Assembly: GCA_965222375.1 (NCBI GenBank)
Contig: CBDCTZ010000015.1
Span: 832,001 to 896,000, forward strand
DNA length: 64,000 bases
Source of the DNA: Polyangiaceae bacterium
GTDB taxonomy: Bacteria; Myxococcota_A; Polyangia; Polyangiales; Polyangiaceae
Direction: 5' to 3'
Position numbers and translations under genes: made by a program
The notes under the pieces: model-generated
What the model saw: only the letters and a program-made list of their open reading frames with translations
What the model was told of the DNA's origin: nothing
Database searches by the model: none
Part shown: positions 10,079-18,040 of the stretch, piece by piece
How the letters are laid out: every line of letters begins with the position of its first letter
How positions within the stretch are numbered: the stretch's first letter is position 1

Positions 10079-11731
10079 ATGTCGGTACCCACCAAGTTCG
10101 TAGCCGCCCTAGTCGTCACCGCCACTGCCTGCGCCCCGGGCGCGACTTCGGAAGCCGTCCGCACCGAAGCGCCCACGGCGAGCCAGGCGATGGGGGAAGA
10201 GGAGCCCCCCAGCTGTTCCGCAGTCGCAGCCAAAGCAGCGCCGCTGATCGTGGACCTGGATAGCCAAGGGCGCGTCGACCTCGAGGTTGCCATGAAGAGC
10301 GGACTGCCCGTGGTCCACTATGGCTGTGATGGACTGCGCATTCTGAAGGACTGCACCGTGGTTGGGGACTACAAGTTCGCCGGCGTGAGCCTGAAAGAGG
10401 ACGTCCTGCAGCTCAAGAGCAAGGACGAGGTTCACGCGAACCTGCCCATCAGCGGCGCAAGCCTCGCGGGCAGCTTGGAACGCGGGACATCGCTGGACCT
10501 GGCCATGGCCTTCATTGGCAAGCAAACAGCGTTGGTCAACAGTGCCCATCGCAAGTCCCTCCAAGGAGAATGCGACGGCGCGACCCACGTGGTACGTGGC
10601 GCGACCGTTGGTGCCTTCGCGTTGCGTCGAGGCAGTGGCGCAAAGGTCGCGGCCGCTGCGGACATCTTCGTTGCATCGGCGAGCGCACAGAGCGAGAGCA
10701 GCAAGCAGACGACGATTCGCGACGGCGTCGTAGAAGACTGTCGCAAGGCGGACCCCGACGCTGAGAAGCCCCCGGCTCAGTGTCGCAGCGCGATTCGTGT
10801 GGAGCTGGTGCCGATCACCGATGGCCTGGGCGAAAAGGAGGTCGAGGCCTACGGACTGACCAATCCGTGCCCGAAGGGCCACGTGCTGAGCGGAAGCAAG
10901 TGCTCACCAGCCAATCAGGCACAGAGCTATCTCTGTCCCATCGGCGACGCCGCGGCGTGTCGCGAGCAGTGTGGCAAGGCCAGCGCCGGAAGTTGCTACA
11001 ACCTCGGAATGGTGCTGACGCGAGTCGCTGACTCGTGCAAGGGCAAGGACAATTGCCGCGCGGTGAAGACCGTGCCCAAAGAAGCGCCGGACTACGGCAG
11101 CTATCAGGAGGGAGCCGACGCCTTCGACAAAGCGTGCGAGGGTGGCATCGGTGCGGCCTGCTTCTACGTGGCCAGCTACTTCGAGCTAGGTGCCTACGGC
11201 AAGGACAAAGATGCCGCCAAGGCGCGCAGGTACAGGGAGCGCGGCTGCACGCAGGGCGATGGATTCACCTGCGCCCACTTGGCTCGCTCGTTGAGGAACG
11301 CGAACAAGAAGGACCCCAACTCCTTCAAGTTTGCGAATCGTGCCTGCGACCTGGGCGACAAGCCGGGGTGCTTCCAAGCCATCAGTCAGCTGATGAAGGG
11401 CGAGGGCGTGGCCAAGGATCCGGCGCGTGCGGCAAGCATTCTCAAACGCACCTGCGATGCAGGCGAAGGCAAACGTTGCGGAGAGTTGGGCCTGCTGGTG
11501 CTCACAGGAAAACTCATCGACAACGACAAGGACAAGGCGCTGCAGTACCTCGCACGAGGCTGCAAACTCGGTCGAAAAGACGCCTGCGCCCTCGCCGCCC
11601 AAGCCTATGCCGGCAAGATGGGTGTCCCGGCGGACAAGGACAAGGCCAAGTCGTTCTTCAAGCGATCTTGTGATGGCGACAGCGCGCGGGAGAAAGCCTG
11701 CTCCAAGCTGAAAAACTTGCTGGGGTTCTAG
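10079..11731 (+). CDS. Lipoprotein with C-terminal Cys-rich Sel1-like repeats
   Basis: ATAC lipobox; repeats such as FDKACEGG..ACF, RACDLG..GC, G.GVAKD..A..KRTCDAG..CGELG. Confidence 0.85.
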   Translation: MSVPTKFVAALVVTATACAPGATSEAVRTEAPTASQAMGEEEPPSCSAVAAKAAPLIVDLDSQGRVDLEVAMKSGLPVVHYGCDGLRILKDCTVVGDYKFAGVSLKEDVLQLKSKDEVHANLPISGASLAGSLERGTSLDLAMAFIGKQTALVNSAHRKSLQGECDGATHVVRGATVGAFALRRGSGAKVAAAADIFVASASAQSESSKQTTIRDGVVEDCRKADPDAEKPPAQCRSAIRVELVPITDGLGEKEVEAYGLTNPCPKGHVLSGSKCSPANQAQSYLCPIGDAAACREQCGKASAGSCYNLGMVLTRVADSCKGKDNCRAVKTVPKEAPDYGSYQEGADAFDKACEGGIGAACFYVASYFELGAYGKDKDAAKARRYRERGCTQGDGFTCAHLARSLRNANKKDPNSFKFANRACDLGDKPGCFQAISQLMKGEGVAKDPARAASILKRTCDAGEGKRCGELGLLVLTGKLIDNDKDKALQYLARGCKLGRKDACALAAQAYAGKMGVPADKDKAKSFFKRSCDGDSAREKACSKLKNLLGF

Positions 11732-11753
11732 ATCAGGCACATATTTCCGGGCG

Positions 11754-13034
11754 ATGAAGATTCGTCACGCTTTGCTGCTAGCGACCTCGGTGGGAGTCCT
11801 CACAATTGCGATCGCGTGCGCCCAAGAACTGCCTCCACCTGAGGCCGCAGCGGGTGCTGGCGGAAGCAGCGGAAGCGGCGGAAGCGATGGCGGTGCGGGA
11901 AGTGGCGGTGGCGACGGCGGCGGCGGAAGCGGGGGCGCGGCCGGCAGCTGCACATGCTCGCCGGACCATGCGACGGGGTCGTGTAGCAGTGGGTCGTGCG
12001 CAATTGTAGAATGTGACCCTGGCTTTGGCGACTGTGACAATGAGGACAGCAACGGTTGCGAAGAACCGCTGAATGTCGACGGCAACTGCGGAGCATGCGG
12101 CCGCAGTTGTCTCGGCACAGCGTGCGTGGCGGGCAACTGCGCGGCAACAACGCTCCTATCCGGACTAACGGATCCGGTCGCGGTCATCGTTGACGATTCG
12201 TCGATATATCTTTCGGATTTGACCCTGGGCACCATCGACCGCGCCAGCAAGACTGACGGCTCGGGTCGAACAACCCTCGCCGGTGGATATCCATCGACTT
12301 GGTTCATGGTGATCGATGGCGAGTACCTCTACTTCAGCACGCGCTACGGCAAGACAGTGGAACGCGTACGGACAGACGGTAGCTCCGTAGCTGAAACGTT
12401 CCTCAGTCCGCAGGTGAAGACTTCGGGGCTGGCGGTGGATGCAGGGTACATCTACTTCACGGAGTCCGAGCCCGGTGGGTTCGTCTGGCGAGCCGCCAAG
12501 AAGAAAGGGGCCGTAGCCAAGAAACTCGTGACGCAGCAAGACTCACCGTACGATCTAGCCATCGACGACGTCTATGCATACTGGGGTGGCACGAAACAAT
12601 CCAACGGCGAAATCCGCCGCGTTGCAAAGAACGCGACCCCCGGAATGCTGCCAGGGCAGCAGGTAGCAACCGGCCAGGGGATCGTTCGTGCCGTCGTGAT
12701 CGACTCTCAAATGGTCTTCTGGACCAGCGTCGACTCGGGATTTGGACGGGTCACTCGGTACAATATCGCGACTACGAAGGTCGATATCCTTGCGATCACG
12801 GAGCCCGCTGAGTTCCTGGCCGTGGATGAAACCTACCTCTACTGGGCGGCGAGCGACAGCGAGGCCGGTTACATCTACCGGCTCGAGAAGGACCATGACG
12901 CTTCGCAGCAGCCAGCGCCAGTCGTGAAGCTCTACTCCGAGCCCGGCACCGAGCCCTACTCGGTGGCAGTAGACGCAACGGCGCTCTACTTCACGGAGCG
13001 GGGCAAAGGCCGCGTCCTAAGAGTCGCGAAGTGA
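11754..13034 (+). CDS. Lipoprotein: Gly linker, Cys-rich repeat, beta-propeller
   Basis: AIAC lipobox; colinear with and highly similar to 1332..2612. Confidence 0.85.
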   Translation: MKIRHALLLATSVGVLTIAIACAQELPPPEAAAGAGGSSGSGGSDGGAGSGGGDGGGGSGGAAGSCTCSPDHATGSCSSGSCAIVECDPGFGDCDNEDSNGCEEPLNVDGNCGACGRSCLGTACVAGNCAATTLLSGLTDPVAVIVDDSSIYLSDLTLGTIDRASKTDGSGRTTLAGGYPSTWFMVIDGEYLYFSTRYGKTVERVRTDGSSVAETFLSPQVKTSGLAVDAGYIYFTESEPGGFVWRAAKKKGAVAKKLVTQQDSPYDLAIDDVYAYWGGTKQSNGEIRRVAKNATPGMLPGQQVATGQGIVRAVVIDSQMVFWTSVDSGFGRVTRYNIATTKVDILAITEPAEFLAVDETYLYWAASDSEAGYIYRLEKDHDASQQPAPVVKLYSEPGTEPYSVAVDATALYFTERGKGRVLRVAK

Positions 13035-14246
13035 ATCCTCGATTTCGCCGATTTGAGCGTCTTTCCCCCGGCTTTGGGACAGCCAGTTTGGGGTGCGTTG
13101 GTTCCTGCGCCGGGCTCGGCGCCAAGTCAGAGATACACCTATCAGACACGCGAACCCGATCCACGGACCACGCGGCGAGGGAGACGCGGGAGTCGAGCAC
13201 GCACAACTCGAGTCGCCCTCTTCTGCGGCTCCTCGGCTCACGCCGCCCGCCGAGCCCGCAGTGGGGACGCGGCCTGCGCCACCGCCGAACCCGGCGTCCG
13301 GTAGTGCCTGACCGCCACTTCCGCCATTCGCGTCTTGTGGCGCAGCGGCGTCGAGGCAAACGCTCCCCCCAACGCTCAGCGCAACACGGCCGACGCTGTA
13401 GTGGGTCGCCGAAAGCGATCCCGCCCCGAATTCGATGACGTTCTCTCCCGCGCGCAACCACGATTTCGGTATGGGCAGCGTCACATCCTGCGTTTGGTTG
13501 TCCCATGATGAATTCGCGGGCAATGGAATCGGGCCACTTCCGTTGACATATACGGTTCCCTCCTTACCGGGATGATCCGCGTCATGCAGGCGCATGAACA
13601 GCTCAGCAAAGTCTATTTCGATTGGATCCGGAACACCCGCGATAGTAAATGCGATGCGTTTCGGGTTTCCTTGAGCCACGTCGAGGAGTTGCTGGCCGGC
13701 GGCGAACTCAGCCGACTTGAACTCCAGACACGTAGAGCCCGCTCCGGTGTCTCCGCCATCAGGGGTCGGCAGTGTAGCGTCAGGGCTTCCGGCATCCTCG
13801 GGGCTTCCGCCCGGACCGCAGCACGCCACCGGGCCGCTTGGCTTGTGACGGCAGCACCCATCATGCCAAGTGTTGCCGTTGCCCAGGGCGAAAGTATGGG
13901 TTGACCCTCCCTTGTCGACGCAGACGACATCGATATCGAAATTGAAAGACGCCCCGGTCGTATCATAGTCGGCGTACACCAAGCGGCCCTTGTCGAGGGA
14001 ACCGTGCCGGACTAGAGATTGGATCTTCGCTCCGCCGTGATGCCTGAGCTCGCAGGCAGTTATGTAGCTGGAGAGGGTGGCGTCGCTGTTGTTGCTGCAC
14101 AGCACCAAAGCGATGCCGGTGTCGCTCCATGCAGAGTGATTGTAGTGATCGTAACACTCGCTCCCCAAAGCAGCTGTCGCGTACGCCGACACGGCAACGA
14201 TTGTGGGCAAGACGCGGTAGCTGCAGACAAACCGACTTCGACTCAT
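13017..14246 (-). CDS. Secreted MYXO-CTERM protein with possible galactose-binding-like beta-sandwich
   Basis: Signal peptide, GTVYVNG..IPKSWLRAGENVIEF, tail CACSTP..WIGFACLIGVSLTWRRARRR. Start ATG 14246. Confidence 0.75.
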   Translation of the reverse strand: MSRSRFVCSYRVLPTIVAVSAYATAALGSECYDHYNHSAWSDTGIALVLCSNNSDATLSSYITACELRHHGGAKIQSLVRHGSLDKGRLVYADYDTTGASFNFDIDVVCVDKGGSTHTFALGNGNTWHDGCCRHKPSGPVACCGPGGSPEDAGSPDATLPTPDGGDTGAGSTCLEFKSAEFAAGQQLLDVAQGNPKRIAFTIAGVPDPIEIDFAELFMRLHDADHPGKEGTVYVNGSGPIPLPANSSWDNQTQDVTLPIPKSWLRAGENVIEFGAGSLSATHYSVGRVALSVGGSVCLDAAAPQDANGGSGGQALPDAGFGGGAGRVPTAGSAGGVSRGAAEEGDSSCACSTPASPSPRGPWIGFACLIGVSLTWRRARRRNQRTPNWLSQSRGKDAQIGEIEDSLRDS

Positions 14247-14259
14247 GTCTCCGCAAGTA

Positions 14260-14275
14260 AGCAAATGACGTGCCG
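14260..14275 (-). promoter_or_regulatory. sigma54 -24/-12 promoter
   Basis: Minus strand CGGCACGTCATTTGCT. Confidence 0.75.
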
Positions 14276-14445
14276 GACGTGGTGGGTTCGCAGCCTAAGG
14301 AATCGGCGGCCAGAAGCGGGTCCACTCGCGAAAGAACTGCGTGTGGACTCCGGACAGGTGACCTCGACGCAGAGCATGTCGCCTCAAGGCGACTCGAGCA
14401 AGCGCAACCCAACCGAAAGAACGCAAAGAACGCTCTGGGTGTATG

Positions 14446-14461
14446 CGGCACGTCTGTTGCT
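14446..14461 (+). promoter_or_regulatory. sigma54 -24/-12 promoter
   Basis: CGGCACGTCTGTTGCT, divergent from 14260..14275. Confidence 0.75.
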
Positions 14462-14474
14462 TGAATGCAGAAGC

Positions 14475-16439
14475 ATGCGGATAGTCAGAAGTGCGAAGCT
14501 GTTACCAATCCTGATCCCATTTCTCGTGACTGCCAACGCGCTTGCAGGCGATGGCAGTCGCACCTACTGGGTCAGCCCCGGCGGGGGCGCCCCTTGGTCT
14601 GCCTGTGAAAGCGCCACACCGTTGGACGGTTCCGCTGGCTGCACGCTGGCGACGGCGAATGCGAACGCGTCGGCGGGGGATTTGGTCTACTTGCGCGAGG
14701 GCACATATGCCACAACGATACAGCCCGCCAATTCTGGGACCGGCGTCAACGATAGAATCATCTACCGAGCGTACACCGGTGAGCATCCGGTGATTGACAA
14801 GGCCTCCGGCACCTACGGCATTCTACTGGACGGCAAGGACTACATCGTGGTCGAGGGGCTCGAGGTGAGGCACGCCGATCACCTCGTCATGATCTCGAAT
14901 GGTTCGGATTTCAACGAAATTGCCCATTGCTTGATCCATGATTCTACGGGCAGCGCCAACGGCGGCCTGAACATCACGACGCTGTGGTTTGGGACACCGA
15001 ATACGCACAACTGGGTACACGACAACGTCATCTACAACGCCGGCGTTGTTAATCCCAATACCTGCCAAGACGAATCCAACCTCATGAAGATAGGGGCCCC
15101 CGGACAAGACAAGGACAGCAGTCACAATACCATCGAGAACAATGTCTTGTATTGGGGAGGACATCATGTGTTGGAGGTCAACACGATCTACAACGTGGTC
15201 AGGAACAACGTGTTCCACAACGAGGGATTCATGGCTCCCGAACCAGGGTGTGCTCCCTGCGCGGACAGCAACAACAAGTACGGGAACAGAAACATCCTCT
15301 TCTACGATGGGACAAAAAGGAAATCGACGTTCACGCTCATCGAGCGGAACCGCATTGGTCACGCCGGGCTCGCACCGGACGGCAATGGCGCTGACAACCT
15401 GACGCTTGGAGGCAACCGGCACATCGCGAGATACAACTCCATTTTCAATTCCATGGAGATGGGGCTGTATCTCAGGACTTCTGGGACCGACTCGGATGGC
15501 AATCGAGTCTACAACAACACGATATACAAGTCGGGACAGGGCCCTTCGTGCAGGTACGACAAGTACCCTGGATTCAGCAGAGTAGGCGTGAGGATACAGA
15601 AGGGCGCAGACAACAATGTCGTCAAGAACAACATCCTCTACGCGAACGAGACGCTGGACTTGAAGGACGCCGGGGCCGGAAACTCCACGACCCACAATTG
15701 GTTGACGGGAGACGGTGATCCCTTGTTCACAGATCCGGATCTCACAGACGCCCAAAGCCTGACTCTCCCTGATCTATCGCTCCGGTCCGGCTCGGGCGCC
15801 ATCGACGCGGGAACACATCTGACTCTAGCCAAAGGCTCCGCCAACAACTCGACAACCTTGGTCGTGGACGACGCGCTGTACTTCCAGGACGGAACGTGGG
15901 GCTCACAGCTCTCGAACGTGCGACCAGATTGGATCGCGATTGGCGTCACCAGCAACACCGCCGAAATTAGCTCCATTGACTACGCAACCAACACCATCAC
16001 GCTGAAATCCGCGAGGACCTGGACGGACAAGGCAAAGATCTGGCTATACCGAGACTCCAGAGGCGAAACCGTTCTCGTGGGAACAGCGCCAGATATGGGT
16101 TCACACGAGTTTGGGGCGAATAGCGGTGGCAGTAGTGGCTCCGGTGGCGGGTCCGCTGGCCAAGGCGGAGCGGGCAATGGCGGCCAGGGTGGTGTCGGTA
16201 ACCAGGCGGGTAAGGGCGGCGTCAACGGCACAGGGAACGAAGGAGGTGTTGGTGGCATGGCCGGCGCTACGCCGTCCGCAGGTGAAGAGGATTCCAGCTG
16301 CGGCTGCCGCGCGGCTGGCAGCCACCACCCTGCTCTGCCGGCGGGCATCCTCGTCGGATTCGGCGCGCTGGTGGCGACTTGGCGACGACGGAAGTCCGCA
16401 GGGAGCCGCTGCTGCGCCCGCAGCTCGCCAAAGGGTTGA
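14475..16439 (+). CDS. Right-handed parallel beta-helix (pectate-lyase-like) protein with MYXO-CTERM
   Basis: Signal MRIVRSAK..ANALA, AGDLVYLREGTY, Asn-ladder repeats (IENNV, VRNNVF, VYNNTIY, VKNNIL), PDMGSHE, tail CGCRAAG..LVGFGALVATWRRRK. Confidence 0.85.
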   Translation: MRIVRSAKLLPILIPFLVTANALAGDGSRTYWVSPGGGAPWSACESATPLDGSAGCTLATANANASAGDLVYLREGTYATTIQPANSGTGVNDRIIYRAYTGEHPVIDKASGTYGILLDGKDYIVVEGLEVRHADHLVMISNGSDFNEIAHCLIHDSTGSANGGLNITTLWFGTPNTHNWVHDNVIYNAGVVNPNTCQDESNLMKIGAPGQDKDSSHNTIENNVLYWGGHHVLEVNTIYNVVRNNVFHNEGFMAPEPGCAPCADSNNKYGNRNILFYDGTKRKSTFTLIERNRIGHAGLAPDGNGADNLTLGGNRHIARYNSIFNSMEMGLYLRTSGTDSDGNRVYNNTIYKSGQGPSCRYDKYPGFSRVGVRIQKGADNNVVKNNILYANETLDLKDAGAGNSTTHNWLTGDGDPLFTDPDLTDAQSLTLPDLSLRSGSGAIDAGTHLTLAKGSANNSTTLVVDDALYFQDGTWGSQLSNVRPDWIAIGVTSNTAEISSIDYATNTITLKSARTWTDKAKIWLYRDSRGETVLVGTAPDMGSHEFGANSGGSSGSGGGSAGQGGAGNGGQGGVGNQAGKGGVNGTGNEGGVGGMAGATPSAGEEDSSCGCRAAGSHHPALPAGILVGFGALVATWRRRKSAGSRCCARSSPKG

Positions 16440-16963
16440 TCTGCTCTGTCGCCCGCTCCGCCCAAACGCGGTATGTGCCCATGCTCTCGCCTGCATGGTC
16501 ACGGTCGGGATACTCCCGTCGCATCCATGTCACCGGGCCGGAAGCGTGGCTACGGGCGAGGAACCCGCTCTCGGGCTCGATTGGCCGAGGCTGAATTGGA
16601 TCAGAACTGATTCGTTGGTGGGTTTGGGTCGCTTCGCTGGTGCGACCTGAGCCGCTACTCCCGCAACGAGCGAATCGATTTCAGCTCGGGCGCTGGCGTC
16701 GCACTCGAACCGATACTCCACGTCCATGGAACTAAGCTGACCACGGCAAATCATGCCACAAGTCGCCCCTTCGCCAAAGCGTGGCCGAGGTCGGGAGTAG
16801 TTGACCTCCTCCTCATCCAGGCTTTGCCTGGCGCACCGACCCCAAAACCAGAAAGGGATCTTTCGCCCAAGATTTGGTTCTATCCTCCCAGGGCGGTTGA
16901 CTAGCCGCGGGCCACGATAGCACGTCAATGGCGAACGGGCCGACGCTGGCTATAGTGATCGCG

Positions 16964-17977
16964 ATGCGTTCTCTTCTCAGAACCGTGGGGCTCGCCGCGG
17001 TCGCGTTGGCCCTTTCGTTTCCCGCGGCGGCGCAGCTGGACTCGAAGTCGAGCGACCCGCTCTCAAAACCCTTTGGCGAAGCCCCGAAGCTGCCCAAATC
17101 AGCGTTCGGCGCCCTCGTCATAGAGGCCGAGCCCAACAAGATACTGAAACGCAACCTCGAAGCGGCCGCGGTTATCTATGCGGCAGCAGCTCTCGAAGAG
17201 ATGCAGCTATTTGCGGTAGCTGACCGAGTTGCCGCTCAGTTCGCTTCCGGCATGCTACCGGTCAGTACGGGCGCTGGGGACGCCTTGTACCGCTACACCC
17301 GCACGCGCTCACAGCGCCTCAGCGAACAGGAGCGGCGGCGTATGTACGGACACGTTTTCGGCGGCGGCAGGTCGACAGGTGGCGTGGCGCCGAATCGGGA
17401 GTTTACGACGCTGTTCATGCGCTTCCTGACCGCGGTGTCCAAATACGAACGCGGCAAGACGATTGGCAAGAAGATGTCCGCGAGTGCGAGCCGAGTCCAC
17501 AAGGCCGGGCGCGATCTGGCAACCAACCTGAGCAACCGAAGCTACGGAGCACCTGTCTTCGCCGCCGCCTCGCTGGCACGGCAGCAACGAGACATCGAGA
17601 AGATGCTCTCGCACCCCGAGGTACTGAAGGCCTACCAGGTGGGCAGTGTTTGGAAGCTCGTGGAGCAAGTCGCCAAGCGGGACCTCGGCAAGAGTGCCAA
17701 CACGGCGCACCATCGCACCCGGGCACAATCTGGCGCCGCTATCATCAAGTGGCTCGGAAGCGTTGCTGCGCCCTTGGCGTCGAGCGGCGGTGCTGCGCAG
17801 GTCGCCCGGTCTCTCAGCCGCGCGCGGGTTCCTGCGAAAGTGAGACGCCTCAACCGCGTGCTGTCACCCAAGCACAAGCTTGTCACGACGCAACCAAGCT
17901 CCAGCAGTCTGAAAGTCCGCGCGCTCTGCTTCGACAAGAAGCGCCGCTTGGTAGCCTGCAGAGTCAAGCTCAAGTAG
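16964..17977 (+). CDS. Secreted all-helical hypothetical protein
   Basis: Signal MRSLLRTVGLAAVALALSFPAAA/Q; long ORF with protein-like composition; no family I can name with confidence. Confidence 0.7.
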   Translation: MRSLLRTVGLAAVALALSFPAAAQLDSKSSDPLSKPFGEAPKLPKSAFGALVIEAEPNKILKRNLEAAAVIYAAAALEEMQLFAVADRVAAQFASGMLPVSTGAGDALYRYTRTRSQRLSEQERRRMYGHVFGGGRSTGGVAPNREFTTLFMRFLTAVSKYERGKTIGKKMSASASRVHKAGRDLATNLSNRSYGAPVFAAASLARQQRDIEKMLSHPEVLKAYQVGSVWKLVEQVAKRDLGKSANTAHHRTRAQSGAAIIKWLGSVAAPLASSGGAAQVARSLSRARVPAKVRRLNRVLSPKHKLVTTQPSSSSLKVRALCFDKKRRLVACRVKLK

Positions 17978-18040
17978 CGGCGCCGCAGTCCCGGAGCGGG
18001 CGAGAGCTTTCACAGAGGCGGCTGGGAGCCCTGCGGCTGG

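Noticed and set aside
14019..14474. N-terminal extension of the beta-helix ORF
   Set aside because: Overlaps the divergent gene and both promoters; the signal peptide starts at 14475.
16530..16727. 65-aa ORF MDVEYRFECD..
   Set aside because: No motif or clear SD; cannot be supported.
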